Positions 14,076 through 47,145 of a stretch of DNA of 64,000 bases are shown one piece after another. The notes under the pieces are model-generated. The model did not search any database and had not been told where the DNA came from. It saw nothing but the letters and a program-made list of their open reading frames with translations. The translations under genes were made by a program, and so were the position numbers. Source of the stretch: Chrysomallon squamiferum (lineage: Eukaryota > Animalia > Mollusca); NCBI GenBank assembly GCA_012295275.1, contig CM022669.1, forward strand, positions 19,220,001-19,284,000, written 5' to 3'. The first letter of the stretch is position 1; each line of letters begins with the position of its first letter.

Positions 14076-14283
14076 TTGTTTTTGTTTTTATCTATAATTA
14101 GACTATATAGATAACTTAACGTGTTTCCCTTTCATCGCTTCAGATGAATTTCGTTTCAAAAGTTTTGCAAAAAACAAAGTACATAGAAACCATACAGGAT
14201 AAATAATAATAAAAAATATATTAACTACGAAATAAAAAATGATGATTAAGAATAAAAGAGAGGGAAATGTGACTGTGTGACAG

Positions 14284-14353
<70 letters not shown>

Positions 14354-14675
14354 GAGGGGGGTCAGTGCTGATTTTAAAGATAAAATTCGTCGATCTATTT
14401 AATCTCTTTATTTTTATTCTCTAAGGCCTTTCATGTTCGCGTAAAAATCACTGTCAGAGAAAAATATCGCATTCATTACCCAGAACGTCTTAATCATAAT
14501 TTTCGAGAACAAATAGAATACAGTTCACATATGCACACCCAAATAAAATACGCCAATTTTTACATTTTTGCACAGGTACAACATATACATAGATAAAAAA
14601 AACAAAAAACACCAAAAAAACCACAAAAACAAAACAGAAACCCAAATACACAGAGACAGACCGACAGACATACAA

Positions 14676-14722
<47 letters not shown>

Positions 14723-15000
14723 TCCATACATGCATGCATTACAACATAAACATTAACGCTTTCATTGTCGTCATCATGTTCATTATCATTATCATAATTA
14801 TTATTGTTGTTGTTGTTGTTACTATTTCTTACTCTGGTCCTAGATGATCTAATATGTTTCATAATGGTTCGACTAATTTATTTTCTGTGATAAAAATCTG
14901 TTGAAAATTTTGTCATACACTGCGCATATACCTGGAGGCCTCTTTTTTTCTCACTGTTGATTTTTACGGTTTTAATAGCTGAGAATAGTTTAACGCGTTT

Positions 15001-15097
15001 TCAGTCGATAGCGTCATGTCCTCTGAGATGTCTGTGAAATTTCCAAGTTGTAATATTGCTGGATAGTGGACTACTGTCTGTTGAGTAAAAACAAAAG
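15001..15097 (+). other. Probable non-coding first exon of the myosin-chitin synthase gene
   Basis: Inr-like TCAGT at 15001 and strong donor AAG|GTAAGA at 15097/15098. The first coding exon has an acceptor at 18161, so an upstream exon is needed. Another candidate exon lies at ~17137-17271. Confidence 0.4.
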
Positions 15098-15153
15098 GTA
15101 AGACACATATTTTAAGTAGTTTGTTGTGTAGAAAGTATTATTTTAATCATTAT

Positions 15154-15186
<33 letters not shown>

Positions 15187-15802
15187 CTTTCTTACATTAT
15201 TATTTATTAATATATCATATTAATGAATGAATTTCTTCTTCTTCTTCTTCTTATTATTATTTTAAATGGAAGGATTCAATCAAAACTTCGTTCCTGGCAA
15301 TTTAAAGTTTGCTTATTTAGAATTAGTAGCAACAAAATCAACGAGGACAACAGGAACAACAATAGTAGTAGTAGTAGTAGTAGTAGTAGTAGCAGTAATA
15401 AAAATGCTCCCGTAGAGCACATGAATCAACAAAATAACAATGTCTTCTTTTACTTGCGGTTATTACTTTTTAATATTTATTAAGTTCATTTTTCTTACAT
15501 AATTTTGGTGTAATAATAAAAGGTATAGATTATGGAAGATATCTCGTTTTCAGGCTTACACAACATGGCTAAATTAAATCCTGATATAAAGAAATAGTAA
15601 CTTTAGTGAATCTGCATGAGAATTATAGCGGGTTAATTTCGGTACATCGATAGTTATAATTATATTCTGAGGAGCTATGGATGATATGAACATATCTCGT
15701 TGATATCCCATTTATCCGCATTACATACGTTTGTTGTGCGTTTGTGCGTACGTGCGTGCGTGCTTGTGTGTGCATGTGTGTGTGTGACTGAGAAGATGAG
15801 AA

Positions 15803-15865
15803 TGCCTCACTGCTTTCAACATTCGACCTGAGTTGGATAAAACTGTTATCATAAGACAGTAACCA
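15803..15865 (+). repeat. Half copy of the 11464-11605 palindromic element
   Basis: gcctcactgctttcaacattcgacctgagttggataaaactgttatcataagacagtaacc aligns to the reverse complement of ~11470-11535. Confidence 0.55.
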
Positions 15866-17038
15866 TATCCCGCAGTCTTAAATAATAACAAAAATAAATA
15901 AATTTACTTTTTTGTTTCTCAACTCACTTCTTTCGAGACTAGAAGATTCACGCATATCAATTTCGCTCTCGCCTACAAAGACTACACATCAAAAGAAAAT
16001 GGTTTTTAAATAATAACAATTTATTTATTATCTGTTAAATGAAAACCATTTTAAGATTGGTCTTTTTAGATCGAAACTTACATAACTAAGGACTTAGAAT
16101 AATAAAAATTGAATTTTAATGAGTAAACAATGTAAGCAACCTTCTTGGCTTTTCTTTTGGGAATTAGGATTTATAAATTCTTTCCATTTCCAACTCTTGA
16201 ACATTTAATACAGAGTTGACCGTGACAGATTTTCAGTTTTATTATATTTATATTTCTAGTGAAAATGAATGAATGAATAAATAAATAATAAATGCTTTTC
16301 TTATTGTTCTTAATTATATTTTTCCATACAAAGAAATGATAGCGTCTTTGGTTGAAAATAGATTAATACGCGCTCAAGCTTCATCGTTGTTCGTTTCATA
16401 TAACGTAATATTGTCGTTCATCTAACCAGACTCGTTACGTTATTGAATTAGCATGAATAAAACAAGATGGTGTCAGCTGATTAATCATCACCATCGTAGT
16501 TCTAATTACAGTCCCAACAAATGTTACGTTCACCGCCGTTTAAAACTACATTTTTGTTTTTTTTTTTTTGGACAGAAAATTTTGAAAACATAGACAAACA
16601 CACTCATATATTCGCTTATATTTATACTGACGTTGCTGTTGTTTTCGTTTTAATAATTTATTACTGCTTTTATTTTATTTATTTATTTTATGTTTTGGTA
16701 TACATTAGTTCTATTATATTAAGCTCCTCTCTGTTATAAATTATTGTTATTACCTTTTTCTTTTATTTATTTATTTATTTATTTATTTTACGGTACTTTG
16801 ACCTTGCTTACATTTCATCGAAGATTTAATAACTTTCACGCCAGTATATTTTAATGCAGATAACATAATGTAATTTGTTATAAAATCTATAGAATGGAAT
16901 ATTTTCTTTATGATGCTACAGCCCCCTAAAAATACATAGATAAATACATACATACATACATACATACATACCTATACATATATATATATAACATAGTAAT
17001 TTGTTATATAATTATCTGAAATTATTTTAATATATTAT

Positions 17039-17129
<91 letters not shown>

Positions 17130-17437
17130 ATAACAGGTCTAAGCAAAGAATATGAAATGTACAAGATAAACGTAACTGTCACGAAGCTGAAATCCAGTTT
17201 GCCTACAGCGACACCTGGAGGAAAGATTATACAGTAGAGAGATAAGCATGAAACACATCATGCAGAAAGAAAGTAAACTCAGAAACACGATCAGCGACAT
17301 TCTCATCTGAATGGAAAAATTCCATGTTGTTTTTAATAAGCATAAAATACATTAGACATTTTATTTTATTTTGTATTATTATTATTCGTTTTTATTTTAT
17401 TTTATTTTATTTTATTTTATTTTATTTATTTATTTGT

Positions 17438-17472
<35 letters not shown>

Positions 17473-17554
17473 TTATGTTTATTATTATGGTTTTTATTAA
17501 AATTATTATTATTATTATTATTATTATTGTTGTTATTATTATTATTATTATTAC

Positions 17555-17606
<52 letters not shown>

Positions 17607-17691
17607 TAATGATAAGAACTCCTCCTCGAAGTGGGTCCGAAGAAATATATTCTTCAACATTTTATCTTACAAAGTTAGATATTTTACGAAA

Positions 17692-17726
<35 letters not shown>

Positions 17727-18166
17727 AAGGATGTTCTAGGACGGACATATCAAATAACGAATGAGAAGGCCTATTTGTATTGTTTGTTTTCATTCTTAAA
17801 ATTATATATGCATTTTATTCTTATTCAACTGTTCTTGACCGGAGTAATAAAAATGTTATTTACTTAGCACGATGTCGTTGTCCATGGTGTCATTGTCGTC
17901 ATAACTTAATAATATTAATATGGTAGTAGTTGTTGTTGTTGTGTTTCTGCTGTTGTAGTAGTATTATTAATAGTGTTTATGGTAATAAGATTAGAAGTTA
18001 TACTTGTTGCCATTGTCATAATGTATTATCATAAAGTAAATACTCATAATAATTATTATAGCTATAAGCAGTAGTAGTTGTGGTTGAAGAAATATTAATA
18101 CAGCCGTCGTTAGGCCGTTGTCTGTATTATAAATCTTTCTGTTGTTATTATATTTCTTCAGTGACA

Positions 18167-37881
<19,715 letters not shown>

Positions 37882-38184
37882 TCAACATGTGAAAACGATC
37901 ATTCGGAATAATAATTATTATTATTACCAGTTATTACTATTATTATTGTTGTGATGAAGACCGATGAATCACGATTTAAAAAGTTTATTTTCATTTATAC
38001 ATACTAATAGTATCAAACAAGTGGTAATATATTATAATTAAAATTATCCTATCATTTAAAGTTTAGTTCTGGTGGGAGATCAAGTGATCTGGGCGATAAA
38101 TTTGAGACGACACTAAAAATTCCAACATTCCAAAAGGAATTTCTTTTTCTTCTTTTTTTTCTTCTTTTATTAATTAATTAATTA

Positions 38185-38239
<55 letters not shown>

Positions 38240-39303
38240 TGATTCGTCAACCATTGAGACGCGTGTGCTATGAAATTGTTATTACGTAATGCTTTGGTCT
38301 TAATGAACTGAACGAAAATAAATCCGTTTTCATAGAAATTACATTATTACAGATCTTATTACAAAATTCGTGTCTGAAAATAAAAAATATAGATTAATTG
38401 TTAATATATTCCCTTATAAAAACTGCTAGTGTTATGGAAATGGGAATTAAAATGTGTTGATGTAATTGTGTAATTGTTGTAATTGTCATGTATTCGTTTT
38501 GCGTTATTTGTCATACTCATATTTGTTTTAATTATTATGTGAGGTTTCTCTTTATTTTATTTTATTTCCTTCTTAATTTTCCCCTACCGTACTTGCATTT
38601 CATCCCCTCACACCCCCTCCGTACTTGTTATTTATTACTGTTATATATTTACTTATTAATCTATTCACTACAATTTGTATTAAGTAAACTGAATGTAACG
38701 CAGTGGAATTACAAGTTTGCTGTTTAATAACCACTTACCTAGAAAGCAGATTTTTGTGAATCATTCAACGTAAGAACAATCTACAAGTCGTCACTTCCGG
38801 CTTTACGATATTACCGGAAGTACGTTGTTTATTGTTAGTCTATTATTTACATTTCAGATAACTTCATTTTATAAGAACACGAGTAACAGAATAGAATTTG
38901 TAATCATTTAAAAAATCGAATGTGAATGGTGTATTTAATAAAGTTAGATATTATTGTTGTAAGTATTAATAATAATTTTGTTTAGTTTTATTTTATTTAA
39001 AAAAAAATTCTGGTGATGGATGTTTTATTTGTTTCTCGTTTTTATAGTATAATTTAGAAAATGTTTACGTATGATATCTAAAATCAGCAAAAGGATTTTA
39101 ATAAATATCTTTTCTTTCAAAAAATTGGTTTCAATTTTATTTTTATTTTATTATTTTCCTTCTTCACTCACTTTTTATTAATATTATGTTCTTGAGTGAA
39201 TTTTATTTTATTTTATTTTTTATTATTATATTTTTTTTATCGCAGTTGTTGTTGTCACTTTATTTTCTATTTTATTAATTAAATTTATTTTTTAATTTAA
39301 TTG

Positions 39304-39345
<42 letters not shown>

Positions 39346-39347
39346 AA

Positions 39348-39387
<40 letters not shown>

Positions 39388-40234
39388 TTTCTTTTTTGCT
39401 GTTGTTGTTTTTAATTATTATTTGTCATTTCTTATGTTTGTTGCTGTGTGTTTTTATATTTTTGTTTTTGTTTGTTTTCTTTTTTGTGTGTGCGTTTGTG
39501 TTTATGAGTGTTTTGTCGGAAACTAAACTATGAACAGTGCTATTATTAATAACAACAAAAACAACAACAACAGCAATAAGAAGAAGAAGAAGAAAAAGAA
39601 GAAGACAAAAGAAGAGATAACAAAAAACACACACACAAAAGAAAACGTCTGTGGTACACACAAAGAGACAAAAATCAAAACAAACTAATAACAAGTAGAT
39701 AGAAATATAATTTATTAAATATATATTTAGTTATAAATGTCCTATAGAAAACACAACCAGAGAATGTTGGAGATCTCATATATGAGTAATAAAAAACCTT
39801 CCAATTAGTTTTCTCACAAAATATGCAAGTTCTTTGAAACAATGAAAATAAGAATTAGTTTTCTTGGAAAATTTGCATTGGTTCTTGCTGAATGAAAAAA
39901 TAATAATCTGTCTCCATTTTGTTTTTAGTATGAAAAAAACAGATAAATGATGAAAGATGAACATACAGATGAATGATAAGTGTATCTGTCGAAGTTGTAG
40001 CTTCGATAATATTATGAAGTAGTTCAAGGGAATCTTTTAGTTCTTGTAGATGAAGAACATACTGTTGTTGTCCTTTCGTTTTTCACGTCCGTCACTGTAA
40101 CTCAACGATACAGTGCCATCATCATTATCAGCAGCAGCGGCTTCGTCGTCCTGATATGAACACAGTCTTTAATGGTATTTACAGAAAGTCACAGATGTAT
40201 GTGTAATGTTTATATTTAGCCGAGTTTCCACTTT

Positions 40235-43200
40235 TTACTGAGTATTCAAGGGCAATAAACGTCCCATTGGTTTAGTAGCTGAAAAACAAAATAAACACTC
40301 ATAATTACGGAGAACAAACTAAGTACAATGATTGTACCAATAGGTATTACTACGACAATCAAATATGTACATAATACGATATGATTTTCATTTTGAATAT
40401 AAACCGTCACTCTTGTATTCGCAAGCTATTTACGACAGCTCCTTAGTACCATTTGAAAGGATGTAATAAAATGTGTATGCTAATTTATTTATTTTTATAA
40501 TCCTTTATTCAAACTGATCCGTGAAACCCCGCTTTAATAAACTATCTAAACAAAAATGTCATCTTCATGCAAAACGTTTAATTATTAATTTGAGAAAGCG
40601 ATATTTTTTATTTCAGTTATTTCAAACTGTAAACTTACCAGAACACATCCTGTTCAGCAAGTTAAATTCTTCAGGTTTAAGCTCGTCATAACTGTTCACC
40701 CTAATTATGTGCCTTGTTGAACTGGAGGCAAGATCTTGCAAGACATCTTCCTTGACTTGACCAACAGCAACGACATAGATTTCAATTCCTTTGTACATTG
40801 CACGAGCTGCCTCTTTAAGCAGACGGCTTACGTCCCTTGTGTTTTCGTCCACAACTAAAACAGCCACTCTCTTTCTCTCGGCGTCTTCTTTGCTGATTTT
40901 TTCTCTTCTAAGCTGTCGCAGCAGTTCGTCGATTCGAACGTTCGTTCTGCGGACGGCCGAGGCTATCTTGGATCTGAAGGACTGTAAATCGGTGAACGCG
41001 ATTGCGTTGGTTGCTGGACAAGGGTCAGTAAGCGTTCCTACGCGGATTGTGGACTGAATTTTGGGCAGTGAATCGATCTGTTCCGCTACTGATGAGATGA
41101 TCGTGTGAATGGCTTGTCTTTCAGAGACAGATCTCGACGCTGATTCGAATATGAACATAAGATCCGTCGGTGGAAGTTTGCATTCTGTAAACAAAAAAGT
41201 ATAAAGTTGAACGAAACTGTGAATAAAACTTGTATGCAAAATAATATATGTATATATAATGGTATTCAGATTAGAAGTTTTATATTTAAATGAATGACTG
41301 GCAAAATAAAAATAATAGCTTATAATATTTCTAGTAATGAAATGAAATGGAAATCTGATGATTACAGCAAATGGCAAGATATAATAACTAACTTATAAAA
41401 ATTATCATCTTCATCATCGTCATCATCAATATCAGCAGGATCATTTACAAAAAAGAAGTATTATTTCTAAATATTTATAATTAATTACTTTACTTATTAA
41501 ATTATTTTTCTTATGTTAAATACCTGTCAACGAAACCTCGTCTTTTCCCGATACTCGTGCATTGCATGTTTCCTTTGATATCAGATCTTTTATAGTGTCA
41601 AGCGCGTCAAAATCTGTCACACTGAACATGAAACTGTCATCCGGGTCACTGGCAATATTCTTCAGCTCCTGAAGATCAACACTTGGCCCAACACCAATGG
41701 CGAAAACCGATATCCCAGAATCCTGTGCAGCCTTAGCTTCCGCTGACGTCAGACGTGGCTGATACGAAACTCCGTCAGTGATGACGATCATAATTCGAGG
41801 GACGTCCTTTCTGGCGTTTTTGAATCCCTTTTCTCTAACATACTTAATAGCTTCGTGTGTGTAGGTACTTCCAGAAATGTATTTTACGGTTTCCGGGTAA
41901 ATAGCTTTGAGTAATGCATCTTTGGATGCGAAATCGTCGAAACCGAAAACCGGGTTCAGCTGGTCAGAGAAGGTAATCAAACTGACCCGTGTTTCGTTTG
42001 GTCCAATGTTGAAGCTCTTTACGATGTTACGGACAAAAGGAAGCATCTTGTTGTTGAAGTCGAGGATGTACACACTTGAAGATGAATCGAGAATGAAGTA
42101 TACGTCCGCTGGTATTCTGCTGCATACTAAAATAGTATCAAATAAATATTATAGCAAATAATATTAAATTCAAAAATTGTATATTGAACACTAATTAAAA
42201 TTCAGATCTTTTACGGTATGCACTGATGAAAAAATATTTATTTATTTTTATTTATTTATTTATTTATTTATATTTTCTATTTATTTATTGTTCTTGTCAT
42301 TATTATAAAATCATTTTCAATATCGTTATATAATAATTTAATAAACTTAATATATATATACATACATATAACATTAGAAACAAGTCTTAAAGATACATAC
42401 TTTCAATAGGCTGATCATGGAAAGGAATTTCTGTTGTAGTTGTCGGAATCGTAGTAGTTGTTGTTGTCTGTGTAGTGGTAGTAGTTGTGGGTGCAGGCGT
42501 GGTAGTGGTTGTTGTAGGTTTAGGAGTCGTGGTAGTAGTCGTTGGTTTTGGTGTTGTGGTAGTACGAATTTTCACTGAAAAATATAATATAAAAATTTAA
42601 TGTATTAATGATAAAATAATTTTTTACAAATTAAATAATTTTACATTTTATCATTTATTTTCTTTATTATTATTATTATTATTATTATTATTTATTCTGT
42701 TTTTCCCATTTCATTGTTTTGCTAGTTTGTTTTACCTTCGCAGGTTCTAATTGCCAGTATTCGTTTAATGCTGTCAAGAGCTCGGAAGTCGGCGACAAAG
42801 AAGAGAGTCTGTGTATCGGGGTTGCTGGCCAGGTCGTGAAGCTCGTTGAAGTCCACTCTGTAACCGACGCCGATAGCGAAAATCGTGAACCCTGCTTCTC
42901 TAGCGCGTTCTGCTTCCATTCTCGTGGCTTCAGGATCGTCCGATCCTCCGTCCGTCAGAATGATCGCTATCTGGGCAACATTGTCTCGGGCGCCATTTTC
43001 TTTCGTGAACATGTCGTCCGTCATGTACTTGATAGCTTTGAAGGTGTTGGTGTTCCCGCCGCTGAAGCTGATGTCGTCGATAGCCTTCGCTAAAGATTCC
43101 TTGTTCATGTGCTCGTTCAGATGGAACTGGTGGACGTACTCGTCGGCGAAGGTGACAACGCCGACACGGGTCTGATTGGCCGCCTGTCCAATGTCAAACA

Positions 43201-44050
43201 TCTGAACCACGTTCTTCACAAACGGAATAACATGGTTGTCGAAATCGGGTCGCCAGATGCTTGAAGATGTGTCGATAATGAAAATGATGTCCGCTGGTTT
43301 CCCACCACATTGGAATGTTGCTATAAGACAAACGAAAAAGACAGTTTAAAGTTTGTTCGTATGTCCAAACATTAATGGGAGCACAATCTCGTTAACATTC
43401 TCAATTCTCTATGAAAAACAAAATCAGCTATTGTTTATTTATTTATTTATTTAAAAATATTAACTCTATGAAAATTCCAAATCTTTTGAAATTATTTTTG
43501 ATGAATATTATTTACGACTGAAGTAGATCATTTTATGTTGTTTCTCTCATGTATAAAAGCAATCAACAGTTAAAAAGATATCAGAATAAAGAATGATAAC
43601 TTACTTGGTCTTGCTGTTATAAAACTTGATACCTGAAGAAGAAAGACAAAATAAGTTAGACCAAAATTCTCAAAAGCTTGTCACTTATTATTTCGTGGCA
43701 TGATTTTATATAATGGTGTTATCTATTGAACATTCAGCTTTGATAGTATTTTACAGCATGTATCATACTGTACAGCTTCTTTCAGTACCATTTTATATAC
43801 AAATCTGAATTAGTATGTTTATATTAATCGTCTGTAGCTGTAAGAACAGCTTTTAAAACTATATATATATTGCAGAGAATTTCCACTCTAGGAAATGAAT
43901 TTATATACTTCCACTTTATGTATATATATGTATATATTAACAGCACACAGTTAATTAAGATAATTAATACACTATCTTCACTATGCCTCGTACGAAAAAT
44001 CTAAATAATCTTACCTCCAAGAAAGCTAAGAGCAATATTAGATTCTTCAT
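40235..44050 (-). CDS. Secreted triple von Willebrand factor A (VWA) domain protein (matrilin/collagen VI-like matrix protein)
   Basis: Exons 44050-44015 and 43632-43605 (signal peptide MKNLILLLAFLEVSSFITA); ~43320-42736 (VWA1, DIIFIIDTSSS...IILTDG); 42575-42401 (Thr/Pro-rich linker); ~42127-41525 (VWA2, DVYFILDSSSS...IVITDG); ~41184-40639 (degenerate VWA3); 40278-40235 (ATKPMGRLLPLNTQ*). Confidence 0.9.
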
Positions 44051-44129
44051 GATGGTTGTGTTCTTCTTCGGTCTGATGAAATGTGTACAGTATCTAAAGT
44101 TTTTTTCTTTCTCCTGTAAGCTGTGCTGT

Positions 44130-44168
44130 AGCTTTTATCAGTGTGGTGAGTGCACATCCCTTATATAC
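44130..44168 (-). promoter_or_regulatory. TATA box region of the VWA gene
   Basis: GTATATAAGGG on the minus strand at ~44168-44158 and GATAAAAG at ~44139-44132, 80-115 bp upstream of the ATG. Confidence 0.5.
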
Positions 44169-45156
44169 TATCTTTACGACCTCAAGTATGTGCTTGGCGT
44201 AATTCTGATAGTAACCTGGCTTCCTGTGACGACAACAGTGTGGGAAGGAGCCATTCCTTCTAACAGAACATTTGACCATATTTGGGATTCATTTGCGTAT
44301 TACGCTCCACCCAATAACGTGTTAACCAATAGCACGATCTGTGTGGTTCCGGTGCAGAGGTGGTGTGGGAAAGTTATGAATGAATTTGAGGTTTCTTATT
44401 ATAGGTCATCTAATGAGTTTGTCCTTAACTTAGACTTAAATATAGCCATTGTGTAGTGTGAAACTTACAAAAGTTTCATTCATTAAAACAAAGACACTTG
44501 TGATGTATATTTATAAACCACTCTTATTATAGAAAGCTGAAGGTATGTCCTGACTACATTGTTTCAGAAGTTTCTGAATTCTTTTGAATCGCGCCCACTG
44601 ATTTAACAGTCGTGATCCAGTTTTTAAAATATGAATGGAATTCCAGTTGAAAGAATCGTTTGTTCTGTTTGCAGAGTTTGTTTACAAAGCGGAACAGAAA
44701 GAGCGGTACATTAATCAGAAATGATTCCGGTAAATACATTTACCACGTTCATTGTCGAATCTTGGTTTCTTTCTTTGTTTCTCTTTTCATTCGTTCTGTC
44801 CTTCTTTATTTCTTTACTTCTTTGTTGGTTTTTCTTGGGGTGGGGGTGTCTTTAATCATTATCTCTGGATTCTGAAGAATAACGGACAGAACCAGAGGTA
44901 GTTGTGTAAAAGTTGAAGAGTCTTTGGTTAAAACTTTTCATTTATTTTCATAGTTCGATCGTCTTTCTTTATTTTCGTTATTCGTTTTGTATCTTTAATT
45001 TTCTTTTTTTTTTTCTTTCTTTCTTTTTTTTTGTTCTTCTTACAGTAATCTGGCATATTTGCAATAAAACCGAATGATTTCATCAATAATAATAATAATA
45101 ATAATAAATACATTTTTAAAATATCCTTTTCAATTTGTTATTTATAGAAAATATAA

Positions 45157-45241
<85 letters not shown>

Positions 45242-46058
45242 AGAGAGAGAGATAGTAACACTAATGGTATAGAACTTAAATAAATAATGAAATACACATA
45301 ATAAATTAATATATTAAGCTCATGCAGTACCATCCTTTTCATAATCCTTGACAGTTTTCGAAATCTTTTTGGATTCATAATTTGATTGTTAATAAACATG
45401 GTTGAATCCTTCTATTATTACGTTTTGTTATATAAATTTTAAAAGACTGTCACAGGACCAGCATTATATCAACATTCCAAAACTCAGTTATTAAAGTTGT
45501 CTGAATGTGAAATATTAGATTATTTCACGAATTTCAAAATAAAAAATAACCTAATTTGACTATTCATTCATTAAAATTATGTTCCATTTAACAAATGGTT
45601 TTTACATTTCATTTGCACAGCAAAAACCATTTCTTTGTAATGCTAAGCTTATCCGTCCTCAGCCAGTCCTAGAAATAACTTCGACATAATTTGATCATTT
45701 TTAACCGATATTTTTATGGAATGATTTTTATTGCTTATGTAAAGAATATTTTAAGTAGATATTATATTAATTTGTGCCTAAGACATTTCTAGAAAAATAA
45801 AGCGTTACATTTAATGTATATCTTCAGTTTTAGACATTAACCGTATAATAGTCTTTAAGATAGACTGAATATTAATTTTTCTGACGTAATTAGAATCCAA
45901 CACATAATTAGCATTCATGAGGCACTTCCGCGCCTTTGTCTATTCATAATTTTCTGCGTCGGCATTTTTCGAAGTGAATATAGGTCAGTGACTTAGAATA
46001 GTAGCATCTGTAACTGTTTCTCTTTTTCTTATTATCATTGTTGTTGTTACTGTTGATA

Positions 46059-46094
<36 letters not shown>

Positions 46095-47145
46095 GTTGTT
46101 GTTGTTGTTGTTGTTGTTGTTTTTGTTATTTTTATTATTATTGTTATAGTAATGTGTTTCTGTAACTAGCAGTAATCATTGCATACGGAAAAAGATCGCC
46201 TGTATGATTGGAGGAATTTACTTACGCACAAATTGAAAATGACAGCGCCTACTGAAACATGTGACAAGGTTTTATTTTTATTCTTTTTACAAGTTTTCCG
46301 AAGAACTATTACAACTAATTGTTTCTTACAACTAATTTTGAATATTTCTCCTACAGTAGCATACATATATTTAAATAAATATATATATATTGAAAAGGAT
46401 TTCCGTGGACGAGTGCTTTATAAAATTATAGCCTTGAAACGTTGCTACCTAAATAGTAAATACCTTTTTAGGCTTTTACTAGAGTTTGAATTAGGTTAAC
46501 AAGCATCCAAATGAAAATAATATTATACATGAATAAGAGCGAAAGAAAAGCAGTTGCTAATATTGTCATACAATTAGCAAATAAAATGGAAAATTTAAAA
46601 TTGTGGTTTAAGGGGGTGAAAATGACTACTTTTTACTTTCTTTTTTTGGTCAAATATATTGGCATTGGCGCCATACAGACATTGCTTAATATATTCCCTA
46701 TGATTATTATAAATTTAAATAATGTTAGAGATTGAAGTCTTTATTACAGTAACCAAGCATTTTGCACCAGTATGTAGTACGTATTAAACAACAATTATTC
46801 AAAAATGCATTAACCTGCCTGTTACTTTTAGTCATGGAGCCTCTAGCAACCTCTTGTAGAATTCAAGTTTTCTAGGGAATTCTGCTGATCTGGACTATGG
46901 TAGCTGGTTAAAATTAATTTTGGTTAAATATTTATGTTAATTGTAAATTAACTGATTAATATTATTATTATTTTTTATATATATATATATATATATGTTT
47001 TTTTTTTTTTTTTTTTTTTTAGGGAACGTGAAATTATCTTGAAGAAAAAAAAAGAAGAGATAATATTTGGATCCTAATTGTGCAAATTTTTAATCAAAAG
47101 AGAATAAAATAAGTCAAAAATACTTTATCTTTACTAACATCCATC

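Noticed and set aside
43983-44456. 157-aa + strand ORF
   Set aside because: Antisense to VWA exon 1 and its promoter, with no domain features.
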